DNA of 64,000 nucleotides from Octopus vulgaris (Eukaryota). The stretch covers positions 181,784,001-181,848,000 of the forward strand of contig OX597814.1 in assembly GCA_951406725.2 (NCBI GenBank), written 5' to 3'. Both the position numbers and the translations under genes were made by a program. A model generated the notes under the pieces. The model did no database searches, was not told the DNA's origin, and was given only the letters and a program-made list of their open reading frames with translations. Within the stretch, counting starts at the first letter, position 1, and every line of letters begins with the position of its first letter. This document shows positions 1 through 13,170 of this stretch, in pieces.

Positions 1-559
1 AAAGGATGAGAAAGAGAGCTAGAGAGAGTGAGTGAAGGTGTATGTCGTGATGTAAGAGAGACAGCATAGATTAGCGAACTATTTTTTCTTTTCTGCAAAT
101 TTCATACTTGACGACCTAATAGAATTAAATCCATTGGGAGTTGTCAACCGTATTCTAATTAATGGTGATAAATCAATTAATGACAATGTACTAAACTCTT
201 AATGTAAGATATCTACACAAAAGGGTAGGTTGTAGGGTTAATAGTAAGGGAATGTCTGATGGGGAAGGGGTTATTGATGGAAGAAAGAATGATAGGGGTG
301 GTTAATGTTTTTTAGATTATCAAAGGGGAACATAATGAAAGGGGTGGCTAATATTTATTTAGATTATTAAAGGGGAACATAATGAAAAACCAAAAGAGAT
401 AAGAAATATACACTTTAGGGGTGGTAATTGGAATTGAAAGATATGGGAGGTAGTAATTTATAACTTAGCAAATTTACAATATTAAATTAAGAAAATTTAA
501 AACAATAGCTACAGTAAAGATAGAAATTAATTTTAAAACCTAATAATGGGATACTTTAA

Positions 560-912
560 TATATAAGAAAAACTATTAAGACCTTCCTTGCCTCCTCCCT
601 TCGTCCGTCCGTCTATCCATCCATCCAGCCAGCCAGCCAGCCAGCCATCCAGCCAGCCATCAATATATAAGAAAAACTATTAAGACCTTCCTTGCCTCCT
701 CCCTTCGTCCGTCCGTCTATCCATCCATCCATCCATCCATCCATCCATCCATCCATCCATCCATCCATCCATCCATCCATCCATCCAGCCATCCAGCCAG
801 CCAGCCATCCATCCATCCATCCATCCATCCATCCATCCATCCATCCATCCATCCATCCATCCATCCATCCATCCATCCATCCATCCATCCATCCATCCAT
901 CCATCCATCCAT

Positions 913-947
<35 letters not shown>

Positions 948-983
948 TCCATCCATCCATCCATCCATCCATCCATCCATCCA
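560..983. repeat. (CCAT)n/(CCAG)n microsatellite with a duplicated ~60-bp flank
   Basis: ATATAAGAAAAACTATTAAGACCTTCCTTGCCTCCTCCCTTCGTCCGTCCGTCTATCC occurs at ~560 and ~665, each followed by a CCAT/CCAG run. Confidence 0.95.
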
Positions 984-1074
984 AGCGTTCTTATTTGTTT
1001 TAACTAATATTTCTTTAAATTATTCTGACGTAAATACGATACATTTCTTGCTGCAAGCGTTCTTATTGGTTTGA

Positions 1075-1191
1075 CCGCCGAAGTAGACTTTTGCCTTTCA
1101 TCCTTTTGGGGTCGATAAATTAAGTACCAGTTGCGTACTGCGGTCGGTCTAATCGACTGATCCCCTCCCCCTTGTGCCTTGAGTAGAAAAG
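1075..1191 (+). mobile_element. 5'-truncated SINE family B with 16-bp target site duplication
   Basis: Carries the core GCCTTTCATCCTTTTGGGGTCGATAAATTAAGTACCAG shared with copies at 6.4, 35.7, 36.6 and 46 kb. Flanked by GTTCTTATTGGTTTGA at 1059-1074 and 1192-1207. Confidence 0.85.
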
Positions 1192-1564
1192 GTTCTTATT
1201 GGTTTGAAGTTATTACCCGTGTATTTCTACAAACGTTCTTCTTTCACTCATATTAGTTTCATTTTGTCAGTTCAGCTACAAAAAATAAGGTTCAGATTTT
1301 CTACTCTGTCTAAATGTTCTTATTTGTTTTAACTCATATTTCTTTCATTTATTCTGACTTGAATACGATACATTTCTTTATGCAAGCGTTCTTATTTGTT
1401 TGAAGTTATTACCCTTCTGCCTACAACGACCATTTTCATTCCCTAAGTTAAGCTGATTTAAAAACGAATATTCATTTAGGTATCCTATTCTTACATCATG
1501 CCTCGACGAGGAAGAAAGAGAACATCTGGTTGGTCTATAGTTATAATACGAAAAGTGCGCGGTT

Positions 1565-1850
1565 AAGCAGGCGACATAATGAATCGGATGCTTGAACAGC
1601 TGAGCGTCTGGTAGAACAGGGGGAAAGAGAGAGAAACAGTACCCAAGATAGGGACAGACGTGCGAATAGAAAGGTCGATGAGACTGATAAAGCAAGGGCT
1701 GAGCGTCTGGTGGAATAGAGGGAAAGAGACAGAAGTAAGAGAGATCAGGAATCGGACATCTGAAGAACTGAGCGTCTGGCAAAACAGAAGGAAAGAGACA
1801 AAAGCAGGAGACGTCATGAATCGGGTGCTCATGTCAATACAAACAGAATA
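1565..1850. repeat. Degenerate tandem repeat, ~70-95 bp unit
   Basis: CTGAGCGTCTGG...GGAAAGAGA recurs three times (~1600, ~1699, ~1768); GAATCGG also recurs. Confidence 0.6.
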
Positions 1851-2936
1851 AAAGAAGTTTTGCATAAATCAGACCACGGGTTACCGAGATGCGCGGTTTT
1901 TACGGGTACCTTTATAAATAGCCAAACCGGCGTATAATGGGGGAAATGCTTTGAAAATAAGGTACCATTAAAATGTGAATACACACGGAATAACAGAAGT
2001 TTCGCGTAAATCGCATCACGGATTCCCGAGATAAGCGGGAGATTTTTCGGGCACTTTGAATTATTGGTGACCCGGCGGGTCACAAGTGGTCTAGTAATAC
2101 ATTAAAAGTCAGTTTGAATCTTGCTTGCTTGCTTGCAAAGTTACCCAGCCAAACTGACGCATAATGGGAAAATATTATTAAGTTTACCCAGAAATGTTAA
2201 TACGAACAGAACAAAACAAGTTTCGTGTAAATCGGACAAGTAGTTTTAAGAGATATTAGAGGTTTTTCGGATATAAATACCCAAAGTGGTGCATAATGGA
2301 AAAATGTTCCAAAAATAATCTTAATCCCGAAAGGGAAGAACTTTTTATCGTTCGATTAGACACAGTGACTTGACAACGAAAAAATACGAATTTTTTTACT
2401 TTAAATGTTTCTGTTTTCGCTTTTGTTAAACACAATATTCTAGAAATATTTTTAAGTGAATGTGATTTCAAAAATGTAAGTTGTTTGTGCAGTAAGTATT
2501 TATATTTTAATGACTTTTAAAGATATTTTCAAGTGAATACCATTACAAAAATTCTTTTTAGCATATTTTTAAAATATTTTTTAAGTGAAGATAACTTTAA
2601 AAATACGGTAAATATTTCGTAAAAGACCCGTTTGTAACCGCGGTGTGAAATAGTTTTTTTTTCTATAGGTTTTCTTCGAGTGCTTTCAACTATCTCACCC
2701 CCAAAGATTTGGGTGATATTTCTACCACATAACAGCTATTTGCGATTAAGGACCCAAAATACCTGCTACGTACTAGCAGGATGCGCAAGAAATAGCAACC
2801 AAATCTTTCCTTTTGTGAGGAAAGGAGCCGTTTACACGTGATTTTGATGTCACATTCGTTGAAAGCATTCGAAATAATCTGGAAAAGAAAAAAACCACGA
2901 AACCAAACCCGAACAGCCTGAGTGCCGGAGTTGCCA

Positions 2937-3017
<81 letters not shown>

Positions 3018-3590
3018 TAGAAGGTTTGGAGATGATGTACAGGTATTATATATTAGAAGAAATGAGGTACTCAGAAATCCGGATGGTTTTATATTTACAG
3101 ATATTTATTAGTATGTTACATGTTTTTATACATCATATATCATATATTAGCGCTTTCGTCCATTCATGTGGAGTCTTCAAATTGAACTACGTTTTTGCAG
3201 GAATTTTGACTATTTTTATAGTATTATTGAGTGTGTAGTGGTGGGGAGAGATATAAGATAGTACAAGAGGGTGATGAATGGGGAGAAAGTGAGAGATAGC
3301 ATATGTGTGTGCGTGTGTGTGTATGTATGTGTGAGTGTTTTTCTATCTGAAAAAAGTGTTAAAGAAAAGGAAAGAAAAAAGAAAAGGGAAAGAAAGAAGA
3401 AAAAAATTTGTTGATCTCTTTGCAGCTGGTCAGGTTGTCAATAATCATCGATTTTTGGTCAGGTTGTCAATGATAATCGATTCTTGGCTTGTTTAATCCA
3501 GGGGGGGGGGGCAAAATGTAACTTTTCAAAAAATTGTCTGGATTTCCTTTTTACCAATTACCACCCATAAGGTGTATATTTATTATCTCT

Positions 3591-3640
<50 letters not shown>

Positions 3641-3760
3641 TGTGTGTGTGTGTGTGTGTTTGTATCTGAAAGTAGTGTTAAAGAAAAAGAAGGAAAGGAA
3701 GAAGAAGGAGAGAAAATTTGTTGATATCTTTGTAGTTGATCAGTTTGTCAATAATAATTC

Positions 3761-4006
3761 TTCACATGCAAGGAGAATTATATAGGTGAAACTGGAAATT
3801 CTTTATGCCAACGAGCCAGAATTCACCGACAACATGTCCGACAGGAGGAACTGCGCAAGATTCCTCTGAGTAAACACCTAGATACATGTGGAGAAGGAAA
3901 ATTTAAGATCTTTCCCTACTACAAATGTCCGAAGAATGACACCTCCTTCAGGAGGAATATGGAAAAATACTTCATAACAAAGTTCACCCCCAAATTGAAT
4001 GGCTGA
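3761..4006 (+). pseudogene. Penelope GIY-YIG endonuclease C-terminal fragment (open frame, not in ORF track)
   Basis: Manual translation: FTCKENYIGETGNSLCQRARIHRQHVRQEELRKIPLSKHLDTCGEGKFKIFPYYKCPKNDTSFRRNMEKYFITKFTPKLNG*. YIGET, R..H and E..FI...P.LN are PLE GIY-YIG hallmarks. Confidence 0.85.
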
Positions 4007-4099
4007 AAATATTTCTATAATAAGTTGTACTAGATGAAGGACTAAATTTGTAAAGTAAATTGTATTAAACACACATACGCACACAGCACTACACATATA

Positions 4100-4238
4100 C
4101 TCTTTTACTTGTTTCAGTCATTTGACTGCGGTCAAGCTGGAGCACCGCCTTTAATCGAGCAACTCGATCCCGGGACTTATTCGTTTGTAAGCCCAGTACT
4201 TATTCTATCGGTCTCTTTTGCCGAACCGCTAAGTAACG
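4100..4238 (-). mobile_element. SINE family A, 3' fragment nested in the PLE
   Basis: Reverse complement of the family A tail (...CCGCAGTCAAATGACTGAAACAAGTAAAAGAG). Confidence 0.85.
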
Positions 4239-5626
4239 TTATATGTACATATACATAAATAAAAATAATCTTTAATCCAGATTCTCCATCCCATGTCAGC
4301 ACACGAATCAAACATTGGATTGAAAGAACTAAACAGTAGTATAAATATCAACACAAATATTTCTTCTTCCCCTCTTTCTTCTTTTTCCCTTCTCCAACGA
4401 CACCCCTTCCAGATACACAGGCACCCACACACACACGCACACACACACACTCACAAAACAATGATAAAAAGAAATCCAGACAATTTTTTGAGAAGTAACA
4501 TTTTACTTGAAGTGGCCAGCTGAGTTAACCAATTTCTAAAAGCTACAAATCATTTACTATTGAAAGACTGACCAGCTGCAAAAATATAAACACATTTTTT
4601 TCTCCTTTCTCTCCTCCTCCTTCCTTTCATTCCCCTTTCCCATTTAACATTCCTTTCAGATACGCAGACACCCACACACACACATGCACACACACACACA
4701 CGCACACTCTCACAAGATAATGATAAAAAGGAAATCCAGACAATTTTTTGCTCCCCCTTTGAGTGACCAGCTGGTTTTACCATTGCTAAAAGCCAAGAAT
4801 TGATTGTTATTGACAAACTGACCAGCTGCAAAGATATCAACAAAATCTTTTCTTCTTTCTCCCCTTCTTCTTCCTTTCCTTCTCTCTTTTTCTCTAACAC
4901 TTCTCTCAGATACAAAAACACGCACACACACACACACACATACACACGCGCGCAAGCACGCGCATACACACACACACTCTCTTTCTCTCTCTCTCACACA
5001 AGACAATGATAAAAAGGAAATACAGACAATTTATTGAAAAGTGACATTTTGCCCCCCTGGATTTGCCATTACTAAAAGCCAAGAATTATTATGGACAAAC
5101 TGACCAACTGCAAAGATATCGACAAATTTTCTCTCCTTCTTCCTTTCCTTCTTTTTCTTTAACACCTCTTTCAGATCCAAAAACACACACACTTACACAC
5201 ACACACGCACACAGACACACACACACACACTCTCTCTCTCACTCAAGACAATGATAAAAAGGAAATCCAGACAATTTTTTTGAAAAGTGACATTTTGTCC
5301 CCCTTGGAGTAAACAGCTGGATTTGCCATTACTAAAAGCCAAGAATCGATTATTATTGACAACCTGACCAGCTGCAAAGAGATCAACAAAATTTTTTTTC
5401 TTTTTTCCCTTTTCTTCCTTTCCTTCTTTTTCTTTAACACCATTTTCAGATACAAAAGAACACACACACATACACACACAGACACATACACACGCACATA
5501 CACACACATGCTCTCTCTCACTTTCTCCCCATTCATCACCCTCTTGTACTATCTTATATCTCTCCCCACCACTACACACTCAATAATATTATAAAAAGAG
5601 TCAAAATTCCTGCAAAAACGTAGTTC

Positions 5627-5665
5627 AATTTGAAGACTCCACATGAATGGACGAAAGCGCTAATA
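5627..5665 (+). ncRNA. Minimal hammerhead-like fold in PLE pseudo-LTR (mirror copy at 3146-3183, minus strand)
   Basis: UUGAAGA (5630-5636), stem II UCCA/UGGA, GAAA (5653-5656), palindromic AGCGCU stem III, CUA triplet. Stem I is short. Confidence 0.5.
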
Positions 5666-5768
5666 TATGTTATATGATATATGATGTATAAAAACATGTA
5701 ACATACTAATAAATATCTGTGTATATAAAACCATTCGGATTTCTGAGTACCTCATTTCTTCTAATATA

Positions 5769-5831
<63 letters not shown>

Positions 5832-6038
5832 CAACTACTATTTGCGGTTGAATCCCTGGCTGCTTTTTCTAGTGGGTCGAACGGCCTATTATGGCCGTTC
5901 CTCAATTTGTTGTTGAATTTATTAATAGTCTCTGACTATTTCCTTTTTCTCACTAGACCGCTGGTGGCAAAATAATTTCTACTGAATTTTTTGCTACCCT
6001 AATATTGATTAATTTATATATATATATATATATATATA

Positions 6039-6086
<48 letters not shown>

Positions 6087-6356
6087 TGTATATGCCAGAA
6101 AAGTAGCACATTCAGTTTCAGTTGTCGTGCAGGTATATATCGTCAAGCAATATCTTACTGATTATGGTATAGAAATGGTTAAAATGTTTCTCAGTTTTGC
6201 GCAGTTGTATTGATTAGTGGTAATATCGGTGCGAAACCGATGGTAACATTAAATATTGTTTACTCGTTGTGTGTGTGTGTGTGTGTATGCATGTATGTTA
6301 AAGTATGTGTACGAATATGTGTGTGAGAGATAGATCGATAGATAGATAGAAAGAAA

Positions 6357-6755
6357 TAGTCTTTTCTACTCTAGGCACAAGGCCCGAAATTTTGGAGGAG
6401 GAGGCCAGTCGATTAGATCGATGCCAGTACGCAACTTGTACTTTATCGACCCCGGAACGATGAAATGCAAAGTCGACCACGGCGGAATTTGAACTCAGAA
6501 CATAGCGGCAGACGAAATACCTTTTTCTTTACTACCCACAAGGGGCTAAACACAGAGAGGACAAACAAGGACAGACAAACGGATTTAGTCGATTACATCG
6601 ACCCCAGTGCGTAACTGGTACTTAATTTATCGACCCCCGAAAGGATGAAAGGTAAAGTCGACTTCGGCGGAATTTGAACTCAGAACGTAGCGGCGGACGA
6701 AATGCCACAAAGCATTTAGCCCGGCGTGCTAACGCTTCTGCGAGCTCACCGTCTT
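6357..6755 (-). mobile_element. Dimeric tRNA-derived SINE family B
   Basis: tRNA-like head with GAGTTCAAATTCC B box. Two tandem monomers, each with the GTCGAC..TTTCATC..GGGGTCGATAAA core but different 3' tails. Confidence 0.8.
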
Positions 6756-7202
6756 AGAGAGAAAGAGATAATGTCGCATGTATTATGTGACCTAGTTTCC
6801 AGCAACTAAAAGTCATGAACGCTTCTGTTAATAATGTGACCCCACTGTTGAAAGATCATGCAGCTAAAGATATTTAAAATGTTTAGGATTGTTTCGAAGA
6901 AGAACCACTTCATTATCCGATAATATCGTTTGAATAAGAAAATAACTCTTTCAGCTTCGTAAAAAGTGCGATCCGTAACAAGCGTTGATTTGTACATACT
7001 GACACAAGGTCACAAATTTACAGTGAATTGAAAAAAATACTCGATTGATTCACATTGATCATATTTGTGATATCAAGTAACTTTAACTAGTAAAACAACA
7101 GAAAAAAAAATGCTTTCGTTGTTATCGGTGAAGTGTTACTCAGTTCTTTATTGTAGTGAGAAACCGAAAGAAAAAAAACAAACTTCATATCATTTAATAT
7201 GC

Positions 7203-7995
7203 AGGCGCAGGCATGACCGTGTGGTAAGCAGTTTACTTTTCAACCACATAGTTTCAGGTTCTGTCCCACTGTGTGGAACTTCGGGCAAGGGCCTTCTACT
7301 ATAGTCCCCATGCCGACCAAAATCTTGTGAGTGGATTTGGTGAACGGAAACTGAAGAAGCCTGTCGAATGTGTGTGCGCGTGAGCGTTTGTGTGTATGTA
7401 CGTACGTATGTATGTATGCATGCATATATGTGTCTGTGTTAACCCCACCACCGCTTGACAAACGGTGTTGGTTTGTTTACGTTTCCAAACTTAGCTGTTT
7501 GGCCAAAGAATCCGATAGAATAAGTAGCAGGCTAAAAAAATAAAACTAAGTCGTGAGGTCGGTTCGTTCGAATATAAAATCTCCAAGCCGCTACCCCATT
7601 ATGGCTGCAGTCCAATGAATGAAACAAGTGCTGCTCCAGCATGGCTGAAACAAGTAAAATAATAAATAATAGATGCAGGCGTGGGTTTGTGGAAAGAAGC
7701 TTGCTTCCCAACAACATAGTTCCAGGTTCAGTCGCACTGCGTAGCACCTTGGGCAAGTGTCTTCTGCTACAGCATCGGGCCGACCAGTCTTGTGAGTGGA
7801 TTTGGTAGACGAAAAAACTGAAAGAAGCCCGCCATATATACGAATTGGTGTGTTTCCGTACCATAGCGGTTCGGTAAAAGTGATTGATAGAATAAGTACT
7901 AGGCTTAACCAAAAATTACTGGGACCGATTCATTTGGTTAAAATTTCTTCAAGATGGTGCACCAGCATGGCAGCTGTTTAATGAATAAATTATAA
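7203..7995 (+). mobile_element. Two tandem diverged SINE family A copies
   Basis: Heads at ~7203 and ~7674 (GCAGGC.TGG..GTGG.AAG...GGTTC.GTC.CACTG). CORE-like CCTTGGGCAAGTG in the second copy. Family A tails. Confidence 0.8.
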
Positions 7996-8893
7996 GATAG
8001 ATAATAAAATAATGGGTCATCATTTTTACGTGAATGCTAATAAATGTCTTTGCTTTTTGTAATATTTTTATTTATATCTAACACACAGATTGTCATGAGA
8101 TTAACAGCATACCAAATATGAATATTATGATTTCTGACTTAGGCAACAAAATAAATTTAAAGACAGAAGTGTGTTCGATTAAATCAACTCCGGCATATAA
8201 ATGATACTGATTTATTAACTCTGAAAGAAAGGAAGCAAATAATTTATTTTAAGTACAAGGTCATTCTGCCATTACAGAAAAATATGAAACAGAATAATGT
8301 AATGCATTTAGGACGATGGTTGTAATGATAATAATCTACATGTTTATATGAATTCAATTCGCCAACTTGATTTCGATAAAACTGAATTTACATGGGTTGA
8401 ACTTCGAACATCGATAATTAAAAAAAAATATCAAAATGTAGTCGCTTTTTACTTTAAAATAGTTCACATTTATTTTAATAAATTTATAAATTTAACGTTT
8501 ATATTTTTTCTGTTCGTACGTACTTACATAGAATATTATAAAAGTATAAAGTATTTTTAACACCAGTCAGTAAATATTATACAGCGTAGTTGAACATTTT
8601 AATGTTTTCTGTAGTAAGTTGTGGTTGGTCAATGCTTACGTTAAAGCACTAAAATTCATTTTTATAACTGAAGTAAAAATTTAAATATTACAAGCCATTG
8701 TTAAACACGATCATTTTAATATTTCCATAAAGTTAATAGTATTTTCACTCGCCATCTAGTTCATAGTGTTGTATTGTGAATATATGTGTGCGTTGTGTTT
8801 GAGAAACACTAGTTTTGTTATATTTTTTTATATTCATATTTAATACTTCTATTAACTTTTTAAACAAATAATCATTGATTCGCTATGCGCGCG

Positions 8894-8971
<78 letters not shown>

Positions 8972-9761
8972 CACATACACATAAAAATTACAACTTTGAA
9001 CCAAGTTCGTGTCCTACAGTTAATTTTTATTACTGTAGACCTCACCTTTCCTAGGGTGGGAGTTGAGGGTAACTAGGTGCGTTCTATGTAGTCTGTATTA
9101 ATTTTCATGCTTCAGGTTTGTTTGCGGGAGAGTATTTTAAGTACGGTAAAGGTTCATGTAAAATATACTACGTGTAATATTGGAGTGTAGGACAAAAAAG
9201 CCCCATAGTTAAAGTGGACATAAGCCCCACGGTTATATTTTACGATTATTTTTTCGTTTTTTTTTTCACCTTTTACTTATTTCAGTCATTAGACTATGGC
9301 CATGCTGGGGCACCACCTTGAAGAATTTTTAGTCGAATGTAACGACCCCAGAATTTTTTTTTTTTTTTTTTACGATTTTCAATCAGAGCATGAAGTTAAG
9401 CCCAGAAGCTATCTCCACATACTAGAAACAACAGCCAAATCTCTTGAAAATGTTTTTTATTTTCTATTTTTTTTTTGTTTCAGTCATTGGACTACGGCCA
9501 TGCTGGGGCACTAGCTTGAATTTTTGGTCGCAGAAAAATCAGTATTTTTAAAATGTATGTTTAAAGTATTTTTCTATTTTCTCTCAGCGTTTACAGATTA
9601 ATGAGAGTAAGATGATCTTTTGAACATAGTAAGTATTCTATGTAAAGAGTTAAGATCTGTTGAAAACTGAAGTATGTTTTCTGACCCAAAAGATTATCAT
9701 TCCCGGCAATATATATTAAAAATACTAGTCATTCACATATTTTAAAGTTAAAATATTCGTT

Positions 9762-10178
9762 AGGCGCAGGAGTGGCTGTGTGGTAAGTAGCTTGCTAACC
9801 AACCACATGGTTCCGGGTTCAGTCCCACTGCGTGGCAACTTGGGCAAGTGTCTTCCGCTATAGCCCCGGGCCGACCAATGCCTTGTGAGTGGATTTGGTA
9901 GACGGAAACTGAAAGAAGCCCGTCGTATATATGTGTATATATATGTGTGTGTGTGTATATGTTTGTGTGTCTGTGTTTGTCCCCTAGCATTGCTTGACAA
10001 CCGATGCTGGTGTGTTTACGTCTCCGTCACTTAGCGGTTCGGCAAAAGAGACCGATAGAGTAAGTACTGGGCTTACAAAGAATAAGTCCCGGGGTCGATT
10101 TGCTCGACTAAAGGCGGTACTCCAGCATGGCTGCAGTCAAATGACTGAAACAAGTAAAAAGAGAAAAAAGAAAAGAGA
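9762..10178 (+). mobile_element. Full-length SINE family A (tRNA head, CORE-like domain, internal microsatellite, LINE-like tail)
   Basis: A box TGGCTGTGTGG, B box GGTTCAGTCCC, CORE-like CTTGGGCAAGTG, internal (TA)/(TG) tract, tail GGCGGT.CTCCAGCATGG...CAGTCAAATGACTGAAAC ending in AAAAGAG repeats. Confidence 0.9.
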
Positions 10179-11007
10179 GTTAAAGATTCTCTTTAAAAAG
10201 CGTAGGGGCATCCTATGGGACGATAAAAAAAAAACGTATACATACATATATGCATACATTGAGTAAATAACAATCTTCTTTGGTTTCAAAGTAATGATAT
10301 TCTAATTGTACAGTAAACAGAATTGCTTACTCAATAAATTAAAATATACTTGGTAGAGTTTTCATCTTACACGAGTATCCTTCAAAATGTGACAAGCTGT
10401 TACCATTATACTTCATGTTCTAAAGAGGAAAACTATGTGTGACAAGGAGACGAAAATATTAAGCTCAATGACTAATACTATTTCAATTTGATTTTGGTAA
10501 ATATGGGTGACAACTCCTGACAGGTTTCGGTCTCATTAAACTTCATCAGTCAAGTGTATTATTTTCTATACTCGCGTTGATGTTGTAAGTAGACATCAGA
10601 TATTAGGATATTGACTGAGGGAAATTTCTCAGAGTCGTCATCTATACTTTTCCTCAGTCAGTGTGACAAAGGTAGCCCTTTGAATTACAGGTACAACCCA
10701 TTTCCCATTTTAATTTCACAAATAAGGCATAGTTCGACCCGAGGCTATGGTATAAACGTACCTAAGGTGATATGCAGTGGGACTGAACACGAAACATCAA
10801 AATTGCGAGGTAAACTTTTTAAATATTTGGCAATCAAAGGCCCACAAGCACATAGGCTGTAGGTACCAGCGACTTGAAATTTGGTGCGGACTGTTTGATT
10901 GATTTAATTCGCTTCAATAATATTGTTTGAGAAAGGCATGAATGTCACACATTCCACTCACTGCTAATACCTAGATGTCAATTAGAGTTCATTCCTTATC
11001 TACAGAA

Positions 11008-11423
11008 GGATATTTTTGGTTTGAACGGCAGTTTTTAAAATAATTTCCACGTAACTAAACACTTTTAAACTTCGTATACTGGTAGAATGTGTTTATAAAA
11101 CATCTTTTTCTCTTGGCTTTATTGAGAAAATTCTATAGTTTGTAAGATATTTGTTGTTATTTTTTCTTCAATTTCAGTAATTTCAACCAATCAATGACGT
11201 CTATTGAGGTGAAAAACATTCTGTGCCGCATGAATATGTCCCTCGTTTAAGAAACAGATTGGCTTTATTTACATTTCTGAAGAAAAAATATACCCTTCCC
11301 CCACCCCTAACCCTAACCCTAAAACAGATTCAAATGCAATAGATCGATACTAGGGTCATAATTATGGGTGACAATTCATATGACACCACTAGAAAAAAAC
11401 TGCCGTTCAAACCGAAAAGATCC
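11008..11423. mobile_element. MITE with GG termini (Merlin-like), related to 31522-32151
   Basis: ~28-bp TIR GGAT(A/C)TTTT(T/C)GGTTTGAACGGCAGTTTTT. Degenerate 8-bp TSD CTACAGAA/CTTAAGAA. Interior similar to the 31.5 kb element; internal (CCCTAA)3. Confidence 0.8.
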
Positions 11424-11844
11424 CTTAAGAAGTTTCTCTAATAAATGAAGAGTCAAGAAACCGATACTCATTTGAAATATTTGCATGAGATAAAACGTGA
11501 GAAATGTTTCTCGATTGATACATAACAAAAACTATTCGGAGGAAACTTGGTGATATTCTTGTATCGGCAAAAATCTTTAAGATGCACGAATTAAAATGAA
11601 ATAGGTTTTTTCTGATAGTACTGAATAAATTAGGTTTGGAAATGAGAGAAAGAAAAGAAGAGAAGGAAGAATATTAGCTGAAGGGTAACCAGGCGAAGTA
11701 GCTGTTAGTAAGTAGGTGGTAACTGCTTTAAAGCGTCGAGGCGAAGAGTGAGTGGGCGATTGTGAGACGAGGGCGTTAGAAGTTGGTTAAAAAGTACAAC
11801 AGATAATAGTATGAATAGTATATAAATATAGACACGCATTTCAG

Positions 11845-11970
11845 CACGCATACACACACACACACACACATTATATATATTCATGCACACACGTGTGTGC
11901 ATATGTACAGATGTGTATACATACATACATACATGCATACATACATACATACATATACATATACATACAC

Positions 11971-12016
<46 letters not shown>

Positions 12017-12042
12017 GTTATATATATATATATATATACATA

Positions 12043-12074
<32 letters not shown>

Positions 12075-12175
12075 CATATATATATATACATATATTTACA
12101 TATATATATACATATATATACATATATATATACATATATATATATACATATATATACATATATATATATATATAC

Positions 12176-12211
<36 letters not shown>

Positions 12212-12236
12212 ATATGTAAAACATATATATATATAC

Positions 12237-12275
<39 letters not shown>

Positions 12276-12360
12276 AGTAATGTAAGTATAGGTGTGTATG
12301 TAGAGATGTGTATGAATAGATATGTGTGTATATATATATGTATGTATGTATATATATAAA
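11845..12360. repeat. Compound (TA)n/(TACA)n microsatellite
   Basis: Seen directly; source of the YI-repeat ORFs. Confidence 0.95.
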
Positions 12361-12949
12361 TATTCAATTTGAATATGATTTGCAGTCCTCGGACGTTTTT
12401 ACGTATGCTGGCCACCAGTTTAAATTAGTATTATTTATCCTTATTTAATATATATATATATATATGCACATATATCGCTTGCTCACCCACTCAATTTTCC
12501 ACCAAAGACAAGTATATATGTATATACATTTTTCTGTCTCACAGCGACGGCGGGCTATAACGACGTTATGTGAACTATAATGTGTCTGTGTTTATGCATA
12601 TCGTCCTGCTTGTTAACAGAATCCCACTCACCCATGTTAGATACAGACTACATTGGATAATGTAGTCACTGATTTTTAAAATGGACATGGTTACGATAGG
12701 ATCACCTTTGATGAACACAAAACACAGACACATTCGCACTCATGCTCACACCCACTCAAGCATACTGCTAAAGGGTTGAGCGATCAAACAAAAACATCTC
12801 TCTCACACTATTTTTACTAGTTCACTCATCATTTCTCATTCTTTTCTCGCATTTGTATCCCATCAATTCTATCTCTGTTTGCATCGTACAATCGATGTAT
12901 CTGTAGTGCATTACATTAGCAAGGAAGTATCCTAAGTTGATACGTTAAG

Positions 12950-13170
12950 ATACGTACGTACGTATGTATGTATGCATGTATGTATGTATGTATGTATGTA
13001 TGCATGTATGTGTGTATGTGTGTATGTATGTATGTATGTATGTACGTATGTATGTATGTATGTGTTTGTGCATATAATATATATGTATGTAAGTATGTAC
13101 ATATGTATGCATATAGCATGTATAAAAATGCTTGTGCATGTATGTGTAAGTATGTATACGTGTGTATTTA
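12950..13170. repeat. (TATG)n microsatellite
   Basis: Seen directly. Confidence 0.9.

Larger units (their letters stand above)
3017..5765 (+). mobile_element. 5'-truncated Penelope-like element with inverted pseudo-LTR
   Basis: ~3046-3760 is the reverse complement of ~5070-5770. The spacer carries a GIY-YIG C-terminal coding fragment, then a 3' region of ~200-230 bp tandem units. Both ends abut (TA)n or (TG)n tracts. Confidence 0.85.

Noticed and set aside
613-1003. ORFs of MDGW / HPSI repeats
   Set aside because: Translations of the (CCAT)n microsatellite.
9762-9835. tRNA genes at SINE heads (also ~24640-24700, ~45650-45719, ~53810-53975)
   Set aside because: A and B boxes are present but run into SINE bodies, several with TSDs; I could not fit a clean cloverleaf.
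11305-11323. Telomere or chromosome fusion site
   Set aside because: Only three CCCTAA units, inside a MITE.
11705-12415. Longest ORF (236 aa) and other YI/VC-rich ORFs across the window
   Set aside because: (TA)n, (TG)n and (TATG)n tracts lack stop codons; there is no protein signal.
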